From Dehalococcoidia bacterium (GTDB lineage: Bacteria; Chloroflexota; Dehalococcoidia; Plut-88900): a DNA stretch of 64,000 bases. The position numbers were made by a program, and so were the translations under genes. The notes under the pieces are model-generated. The model made no database searches and had not been told where the DNA came from. It saw only the letters and a program-made list of their open reading frames with translations. The stretch covers positions 3,040,001 to 3,104,000 of the forward strand of contig OZ240215.1 of NCBI GenBank assembly GCA_965197585.1. The letters run 5' to 3'. How positions within the stretch are numbered: the stretch's first letter is position 1; each line of letters opens with the position of its first letter. This document shows positions 57,581-64,000 of this stretch, one piece after another.

Positions 57581-59107
57581 ATGACTTCATCCTTAGTCCA
57601 CGGAAGATATCTCATTACCCGTGCCTCGGGGCACGAGACCGGGGTGTTGCAAGGCGGTGCGATATATCAACGGGATGGAGTGATTGAGGAGGTCGGGGCC
57701 TTTCAGGAACTTAGCCAAACGCACCCGGACGCCCAGGTCTTGGGCGGGGATGATTTCCTGGTGATGCCCGGCCTGATCAATGCGCACCATCACGGCAAGG
57801 GGGTCAGCCCCCTGATGAAGGGCAGCCTGGACGACCATCTGGAATACTGGATGGCCGACTCCTGGGGCCGCAAGTCTGTCGACATGTACCTGGACACGCT
57901 GTACGCATGTATGAAGATGCTGCGGTCCGGCGTGACGACGGTTATGTTCAACCTGAGCCCTGGGGCTGTGGCGGAGACACCGGAGGACTGCGAAAAGGCT
58001 CTCACCGCCTTCGCCGACGCTGGGATGAGGGTCAACTTCTCGGTGTACGTGGAGAGCCAATACCGCATCATCGCCGAGGACGAGTCGGTGTTTCTGAGCC
58101 GTTTGCCAGCCGACCTCGCTGCTCGGGCCAAGGAGGTCCTGGACGACGAGCACATCAGTGACGACGACTACATAGCCCTCTCCGAGTCCCTCCACGCCAG
58201 ACACCACGACGGGGAGTTCGTGCGGGTCATGCTCTCGCCGGCGAACGCTCATTGGTGCTCGGATGCGCTTCTGGAGAGGATGAGAGCGACGGCCACGGGA
58301 CTGGGCACGGGGCTGCACATTCACCTGGTTGAAAGCGTCTACGAGAAGCTCATCGGGCTGAAGTTATATGGAAAGACGGCACTGGCGCACCTGGACGACC
58401 TGGGATTCCTCGGGCCCGACGTGTCGTTGGCCCACGCAGTCTGGTTGACCGGGGAGGATTTGGACCTCGTCAAGGAGCGGGGCGTGCACGTCTGCACAAA
58501 CCCGAGCTCCAACCTGAGATTAAGGACGGGCATCGCGCCGGTGGCGGAGATGGCGGCCCGTGGCCTTAACCTGGCACTCGGCACGGACAGCACATCTATA
58601 AACGAGGATGAGGACTTCATCCAGGAGATGCGTCTGGCTCACCGTTTGCACCGGAACCCCGGAGTTAACTCCCCAACCCTAACCGCCGAGAAGATCGTCA
58701 GTATGGCCACGGTTGGCGGGGCCCGGGCCACAATGTTCGATGATATCGGCGCCTTGGAGCCTGGCAAGAAGGCCGACTTGATAACGATAAACCTGAACAA
58801 TGTCACCGAGCCCTACCTTGACCCGGAGGCCCCGATAGTCGACGCCCTGATCTACAGAGCGAAGGGGTCGGACGTGGACACGGTGATGATCGACGGCCGG
58901 GTGATGGTGGAGGGGGCCCGGATCATCAGCGTCGACGAGCAGCGCATGATGCAGAGCCTGAAGGGTGAACTGGCCAGGCCCTTATCGGAAGAGGCCCGTT
59001 CTCGGCGCCGCACCGCCGAGGAGCTGAAGCCCTATATCAAACACTTCTACGAGGCTTGGGAACCGGGGCAGGACAAACCGTTCTATGTTTATAACAATGC
59101 GGAATAG
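57581..59107 (+). CDS. Amidohydrolase (deaminase/chlorohydrolase-like)
   Basis: PGLINAHHH, HIHLVES, LAHAVW, SSNLRL, LGTD; GAGGAGG RBS. Confidence 0.88.
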   Translation: MTSSLVHGRYLITRASGHETGVLQGGAIYQRDGVIEEVGAFQELSQTHPDAQVLGGDDFLVMPGLINAHHHGKGVSPLMKGSLDDHLEYWMADSWGRKSVDMYLDTLYACMKMLRSGVTTVMFNLSPGAVAETPEDCEKALTAFADAGMRVNFSVYVESQYRIIAEDESVFLSRLPADLAARAKEVLDDEHISDDDYIALSESLHARHHDGEFVRVMLSPANAHWCSDALLERMRATATGLGTGLHIHLVESVYEKLIGLKLYGKTALAHLDDLGFLGPDVSLAHAVWLTGEDLDLVKERGVHVCTNPSSNLRLRTGIAPVAEMAARGLNLALGTDSTSINEDEDFIQEMRLAHRLHRNPGVNSPTLTAEKIVSMATVGGARATMFDDIGALEPGKKADLITINLNNVTEPYLDPEAPIVDALIYRAKGSDVDTVMIDGRVMVEGARIISVDEQRMMQSLKGELARPLSEEARSRRRTAEELKPYIKHFYEAWEPGQDKPFYVYNNAE

Positions 59108-59130
59108 GAGCTCGGCTTAGGGAAAACACC

Positions 59131-60345
59131 ATGCCAGGCGTCCTTGAAGGAATAAAAGTACTGGACATTGCGTCCATGTGGGCGGTGCCGCTCATCGGGG
59201 CGTACCTGGCCGACCAGGGCGCGTATGTCATCAAGGTCGAGCCCCCGTGGGGCGACCAGGCCCGATTCACCTTCAGCAGTCCTCCCCTCCCCAATGGCGA
59301 GAGCCGGTCATGGCCGGTGGTGGGCCGCGGGAAGAAGGGCATAGCCGTCGACATCTCCAAGCCGGAGGGTAAAGAGATTGTATATGCTCTCGTCGAACGG
59401 TCGGATGTCCTTATAACGAACTTCCGCCCTCCCGTGGCCCGACGCCTGGGCTACGACTACGAGAACCTGCGGGCGGTTAACAAGAGGCTGGTGTACGCGA
59501 GGGTCGGAGCATACGGCGAACGTGGCCCCTATGCTGAGAAACGGGGCTATGACCGGATTTTCCAGGCGCTTTCGGGGATGATGCGGCGGTCGGGGCCGGA
59601 GGGAATACCGAGGAATGCGGGCATTTGGGCGGCGGACATGTCGGCGCCCTGGGCGATGTGCTACGGCATAGCGTTGGCGCTGATGCACCGGGAGAAGACG
59701 GGGGAAGGACAGGAAGTCAGCACGTCGTTACTCCACATGTCGATGGCGATGCAGGCAATGGATTTAATGAGAGCCGACTCGGAGGTGGAGTTGGGTGGCG
59801 AGTCGGGGGAGGACTACGCCAACCAGCCCCTCTATCTACCATACGAGTGCTCCGACGGGGAATGGGTGAACATAGTGGTCATCAGCGACAAGGAGTTCCG
59901 CGGCCTCTGCAAAGCATTGGAGATAACGCACGTTCTGGATGACTCCCGGTTCTCGACACCCCTTGGCCGGATAAAGAACGGCGGCGTACTGTTCCAAGTG
60001 CTGGCCGGTGTGTTCTCGACACGCCCGATGAAGGAGTGGCTACAAGTGCTAGAGGCGCACGATGTTCCGTGCGCCCCGGTTCTCGGCGCGAGTGATGTCT
60101 TCGACAGCCCGCAGGTCGAGGCCAACGGGTTTATGGCGGAAGTGGAGTATCCGGGAGTAGGTGGGACGCAGATGATCGACACCCCCGTCCGACTGAGTGG
60201 GAAGCCGGGCAGTGTGGGGGACAGAGCCCCGATGCTGGGAGAGCATACAGAGCAGGTGCTAAGAAGCCTGGGCTATTCGGAGGAGAGGATTGGGGAGCTG
60301 AAGGGGGGTGGTGTGGTGTCTCGAGGGAAGAGTCCGAATGTGTAG
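59131..60345 (+). CDS. CaiB/BaiF CoA-transferase
   Basis: LADQGAYVIKVEPPWGD, NFRP, GYD, APMLGEHT. Confidence 0.93.
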   Translation: MPGVLEGIKVLDIASMWAVPLIGAYLADQGAYVIKVEPPWGDQARFTFSSPPLPNGESRSWPVVGRGKKGIAVDISKPEGKEIVYALVERSDVLITNFRPPVARRLGYDYENLRAVNKRLVYARVGAYGERGPYAEKRGYDRIFQALSGMMRRSGPEGIPRNAGIWAADMSAPWAMCYGIALALMHREKTGEGQEVSTSLLHMSMAMQAMDLMRADSEVELGGESGEDYANQPLYLPYECSDGEWVNIVVISDKEFRGLCKALEITHVLDDSRFSTPLGRIKNGGVLFQVLAGVFSTRPMKEWLQVLEAHDVPCAPVLGASDVFDSPQVEANGFMAEVEYPGVGGTQMIDTPVRLSGKPGSVGDRAPMLGEHTEQVLRSLGYSEERIGELKGGGVVSRGKSPNV

Positions 60346-60351
60346 TTGAAT

Positions 60352-60374
60352 AGACTAGTCTGACCAGTTATAAT
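60352..60374 (+). promoter_or_regulatory. TA operator and -10 box
   Basis: AGACTAGTCT palindrome, then TATAAT 7 nt before ATG (leaderless-type). Confidence 0.55.
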
Positions 60375-60381
60375 TACAACT

Positions 60382-60654
60382 ATGGGTATCATATACACAA
60401 CTTACGAAGCCAAGGCCCGGTTTTCTGAAGTAATGCGCCAGGTGCGGGAAGGAAAGACGGTAACAGTGTCGTACCGCGGTGAGCCGGTGGCCGAAATCCG
60501 GCCTCTAGAGACGCGTAAACAAACCCAAGAGGAGAGAGACCGGGAGCTGGAGCGTCGCGGAGTACTGGTGGGCCCACGCCAGAAAAGGGTTCCGTTCAAG
60601 GGCGGAGAATACATCCCGGGGGCATTGGAGCGGTTCCTAGCTGAAAGGGACTGA
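60382..60654 (+). CDS. Phd/YefM family antitoxin
   Basis: YEAKARFSE..RQV..G..V...RGEPVAEIRP. Confidence 0.9.
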   Translation: MGIIYTTYEAKARFSEVMRQVREGKTVTVSYRGEPVAEIRPLETRKQTQEERDRELERRGVLVGPRQKRVPFKGGEYIPGALERFLAERD

Positions 60655-61034
60655 TGACTACTGCCTATGTAGACTCTTCGGTTATTGTTGCGGTCGCATT
60701 TGGGGAAGCTGGTCAGGCTGACTCTGAGCGACACATGGAGCAGTTCTCCGATCTTCGGTCATCTAATCTACTCGAGGCCGAGGTCCGCGCGGCGTATCTT
60801 AGAACGGGAAGAAGATATGATGCCCAGATCCTGTCAGGCATCAGATGGGTTATACCTGACCGTCCTCTAACCCTCGAAATTTCAAAGGTATTGGAAGCGG
60901 GTTACGTTCGGGGTGCAGACTTGTGGCATCTGGCCACAGCGCTTCACATAGCGGCGGACCCCCAAGTAGTGACGTTCATCACGTTGGACGCGCAACAGAG
61001 ACGGGTAGCTAGGGCTCTCAGGTTCCGTGCGTAG
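60654..61034 (+). CDS. vapC: PIN-domain (VapC) toxin
   Basis: YVDSS, E, GADLWHLATA, FITLD; TGATG coupling to the antitoxin. Confidence 0.88.
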   Translation: MTTAYVDSSVIVAVAFGEAGQADSERHMEQFSDLRSSNLLEAEVRAAYLRTGRRYDAQILSGIRWVIPDRPLTLEISKVLEAGYVRGADLWHLATALHIAADPQVVTFITLDAQQRRVARALRFRA

Positions 61035-61037
61035 GGG

Positions 61038-61697
61038 TCAGCAAGTCTGGCCCTTCACCGTCCGCGCAATATACGCACACCCGAGCATGTAGTCCTGACG
61101 CTCCAGCCGAGGCACGACCTTTTCCATCTCGTCATAGGGTTGGCCCTTAGCGAAGACCCTTTTCATCGATCCCCTCACCCCGACCCATCGCCACGTCCTG
61201 AACCGCACCTGGAAATAGAGGTTGAATAGTGGGCCCAAGAGCCCCTTGGCGTGCTTCACTCCACCGTTGACAAGCCGACCTCCGGGCGCCAATGCGTCGA
61301 TAACACGGGTGATGGCGGGTGGGGAGATGAGGATCTCCGGGACGAAGAAAGCGAGTACAGCGTCCAAAGAACCAGGTACTTTGACTGTCTGTGCGTCGCC
61401 CTGGATGAGGGTCACGTTCTCCCAGCCATTCCGCTCGACCTTCTCCTGTGCTATCTCAAGCATTTCAGGGCTGAGCTCCACCCCGATAATCCTTCCCTGG
61501 GGCCCGACACCCTGCTGAAGCATATCGAAGCTGAGGCCTGTGCCGCAGCCGAGATCGAGAACGGACTCGCCGGGCTTGAGGTCCAGGCGTCGGATGGCGT
61601 GGTGGCGGATGCGATCCGAAAAACGCTTCCCCTTGTCGTATTCGGCGGCGTGGCGTCTGTAGCGGTCTTTCTGGGCTTGGGCGTCGTAGGTGTGCAT
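61038..61697 (-). CDS. Class I SAM-dependent methyltransferase
   Basis: VLDLGCGTG, GVELSPEML, GDA; TATAAT 7 nt before ATG. Confidence 0.88.
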   Translation of the reverse strand: MHTYDAQAQKDRYRRHAAEYDKGKRFSDRIRHHAIRRLDLKPGESVLDLGCGTGLSFDMLQQGVGPQGRIIGVELSPEMLEIAQEKVERNGWENVTLIQGDAQTVKVPGSLDAVLAFFVPEILISPPAITRVIDALAPGGRLVNGGVKHAKGLLGPLFNLYFQVRFRTWRWVGVRGSMKRVFAKGQPYDEMEKVVPRLERQDYMLGCAYIARTVKGQTC

Positions 61698-61745
61698 ATG
61701 GGAGATTATACGTTGCCCCAAAGGCGGGACGCTGGGGGGGTCCGG

Positions 61746-62435
61746 CTATGCGCTCGACTGGGGCGGTGCGTGGTGAGGAGGTTGGTTCTCCCTAGTTGCC
61801 CGTGCCACGTAGGCGCAGCCAAACATATAGTCCCAGCGCTCAAGGTTGGGGGCGGCGGCTTCCAGGACGGCATACGGCTGGCCTCTGCCGAGCATCCTGT
61901 GGATGACGCGCCTTACGCCCACCCAGCGCCAAGTCCTGAACCTCGCCTGGAAATAGAAATTGAACAGCGGACCCAGGGGGCCGCGGGCGTGCCTCACGCC
62001 GGATGCTATGAGTCTGCCGCCGGGAGAAAGCGAGCCCAGGGCTCGGCGAACGGCGGCGGGCGAATTGAGGATCTCGGGAACGAAGAAGGCCAGTGCCGCA
62101 TCGAGGGGGCCGGGGATGTCAACGGCGTTGGCATCGCCCTCGATGAGGGTCACGTTGCTCCAGCCGTTGAGCTCGACCCTCCGGCGGGCCATCTCGAGCA
62201 TCTCGGGGCTGAATTCCACGCCGATGATGCGTCCCTGCGGGCCCACGTCCCGATGAAGCCGTTCAAAGCTGATGCCGGTGCCGCAGCCGAGATCGAGCAC
62301 TGATTCGCCGGGCTTCAGATCCAGGTGTTCGAAGGAGGCGGCGCGGACCCGGTCGAGGAAACTCATGGCGTTATCGTAGTCGGCGGCGAGGCGTCGGTAG
62401 CGGTCCTTGACCGTCTCGGTGTCTCGGGTGTTCAT
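61746..62435 (-). CDS. Class I SAM-dependent methyltransferase (tandem paralog)
   Basis: Same motifs; shares FFVPEIL and RFRTWRWVGVR; TATAAT 7 nt before ATG. Confidence 0.88.
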   Translation of the reverse strand: MNTRDTETVKDRYRRLAADYDNAMSFLDRVRAASFEHLDLKPGESVLDLGCGTGISFERLHRDVGPQGRIIGVEFSPEMLEMARRRVELNGWSNVTLIEGDANAVDIPGPLDAALAFFVPEILNSPAAVRRALGSLSPGGRLIASGVRHARGPLGPLFNFYFQARFRTWRWVGVRRVIHRMLGRGQPYAVLEAAAPNLERWDYMFGCAYVARATRENQPPHHAPPQSSA

Positions 62436-62504
62436 GGGGGGGATTATACGCTGATAGGCTATACCGATATCGACATACAAAAGGGTTTGTGCTAGAGTCC
62501 GCCT

Positions 62505-62705
62505 TGCGACAGACACCGAGCGCTGCCAGTGCTTAGGTGCATGCATGGGCTTCTCCCATGCCCCCTTGTGACCCTAGTGTTGGCAACGGTGTCTGTCGCA
62601 GGAGCCCTGCCCGTTGCAAGGGGGCACCTTGTTGGAATTCTGCGTTTCTGACAGGCCACTCCCTTTAGCGGGCCAGACAATAATCTGTCGTGTAAAGGCG
62701 GCCTG
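62505..62705 (+). ncRNA. Candidate structured RNA or 5' leader, unclassified
   Basis: Promoter TCGACA-17-TAGAGT directly upstream; perfect 14-bp stem 62505-18/62587-600, G.U-rich inner stem, second hairpin 62652-62705. Confidence 0.45.
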
Positions 62706-62707
62706 CC

Positions 62708-63526
62708 ATGCACCGTTCCAGAACCTCCCTACGTTTTGCTGTTAAGCTTCTGCTTGGAGCCACACTTCTTATTGCCATTCTGGCACTGGTTATCGGGTGT
62801 ACTTCCTCAGCCCCTGAGATGGCAGAGACTGACCCCATCCCTCCCCAGATCGAGGTCACCACGCAACCAACGGACACCTCTCGGCCTACTCCTACACCAC
62901 GTCCTACATCGACACCGCGTCCCACACCAACCCCCGTCCCTACGCCTACACCACGCGCATGGCCGTTCGCGGATTCGGATGGAGAATGGGTAATTGACAC
63001 TGAAATCGATGCACTAACTGGCGAGGAGAAAATACTTGCTTGGCTCCGACCAAGGGGCCACACAACATCAAGCAATGGGGCCTTGATCGTTCGATGCGGC
63101 TATGATGAAGGAGAGGACGCTGAAGCGATAGTCGGATTCGACGATGAATTGGAGGGGAGTGTTTTTCTAGAAGTTCAATATCGTTTCGATGATGGCGACA
63201 TTGAAACCGAGAGGTGGGTTATCTCCACTAATAATCGCGGGCTTTTTGCCCGATCTCCGGTCGAATTCATTTGGCGCGTGATGCACGCACAAGAACTAGC
63301 AATAAGGGAAGAGACTGGTCAAACGCTGGTCTTTGATGTTAGCGGTTTGGCCAATGTTCTTTACCCGCATCGTGAGAAGTGCAATTGGATTGACCCGTGG
63401 TCACGCCCCACATCCAGATCTGTCCCTACGCCTACATCGGAGAACCGAGTAGCAACAAGTGGAGCGTGCTCTCCAGTTGATTTCTCCGAGATTAACGAAC
63501 TTCTGAGGTTCTATGCGAGAGGGTAG
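62708..63526 (+). CDS. Exported lipoprotein-like protein with PT linker and VasI-like domain
   Basis: VIGC lipobox candidate, PT repeats, W....D.LTG...LIVRC...YRFDD...W...FDVSGL. Confidence 0.6.
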   Translation: MHRSRTSLRFAVKLLLGATLLIAILALVIGCTSSAPEMAETDPIPPQIEVTTQPTDTSRPTPTPRPTSTPRPTPTPVPTPTPRAWPFADSDGEWVIDTEIDALTGEEKILAWLRPRGHTTSSNGALIVRCGYDEGEDAEAIVGFDDELEGSVFLEVQYRFDDGDIETERWVISTNNRGLFARSPVEFIWRVMHAQELAIREETGQTLVFDVSGLANVLYPHREKCNWIDPWSRPTSRSVPTPTSENRVATSGACSPVDFSEINELLRFYARG

Positions 63527-64000
63527 CGTGTATAGAGGCGGATGGAAGGCAGGGCTCTGGATTTGTAGTTAGGAACACCGATTCAGGCGAGGGCTTCTTA
63601 TTGACTAATGCCCATGTGGTGGGAGTTGACCCCACTAACGTGTCGGTGCATTTGGAAAATGTCGTTTACAGTGGGGAGGTGCTAAGAACCAGTGAAGAGC
63701 GAGACTTGGCGATGTTGCGTATCTGCTGTGGCAACTTCGTTGTGTTAAAGCGGGAAAATAGAGGTGTGCAATTTGGTGAGTGGGTAGGGGCTTTAGGATT
63801 TCCAAATGGGAAGTTTGCATATTCTTCAGGGCAAGCAAGGACAATAGTTTATGGTTCATTTAACACGTATTTGGAGCATACTGCCGACGTACAGCCGGGA
63901 GGAAGTGGTGGGCCGCTGTTGGCATACCCGTTGGAGGCTATATCGAGAGCCAGGGAAGGCGAAGATTTGAGTTTAGAAGAAGGGGAGATTTTGGCCGTGT
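63523..64000 (+). pseudogene. Trypsin-like (S1) serine protease domain, out of frame with upstream ORF and running off the window
   Basis: GSGFVV, LTNAHVV, RDLA, QPGGSGGPL; no start codon between the stop at 63493 and the domain. Confidence 0.7.

Noticed and set aside
3323-62303. Long antisense ORFs (e.g. 3323-4435, 9611-10630, 23015-24484, 26198-27598, 61251-62303)
   Set aside because: Shadow ORFs opposite well-supported genes in GC-rich DNA
62505-62600. SRP (4.5S) or 6S RNA
   Set aside because: No SRP domain IV GNRA-loop motif; too short and without the central bubble of 6S

Overview
GC-rich bacterial chromosomal window. Gene content (LLM flavin monooxygenase, many amidohydrolases, CaiB CoA-transferase, NHL protein, P/T-rich lipoproteins) suggests Chloroflexota, Dehalococcoidia/SAR202-like; a plant-type LRR lipoprotein hints at a sponge- or host-associated lifestyle. 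Both are inferences. The backbone carries yebC, rimM-khpA-rpsP, malic enzyme, pstSCAB-phoU, pcrA, pheS/pheT, rpiB, trxB and the MCC alpha/beta subunits. It is interrupted by accessory inserts: several toxin-antitoxin modules or remnants, an IS481, nuclease genes and short palindromic repeats. No rRNA, tRNA or CRISPR array was seen. Main observations: (1) an extended phosphate operon led by a degenerate GGDEF-ribbon-helix-helix protein, with a PhoU-DUF47 fusion and a NIP-like aquaporin; (2) a Swt1-like HEPN RNase fused to what looks like a DnaX C-terminal domain; (3) a CoiA-like nuclease apparently inserted after codon 4 of a leaderless pcrA, giving a nuclease-helicase fusion; (4) five amidohydrolase paralogs (A,B,C,[TA],B',C') between pheS and pheT; (5) ~21-nt micro-insertions nested in repeats and in a coding remnant; (6) a helically phased TGATTG array and two identically built LexA-type promoters; (7) a structured ~200-nt RNA candidate at 62.5 kb. 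All family assignments are from motif recognition, not database searches.
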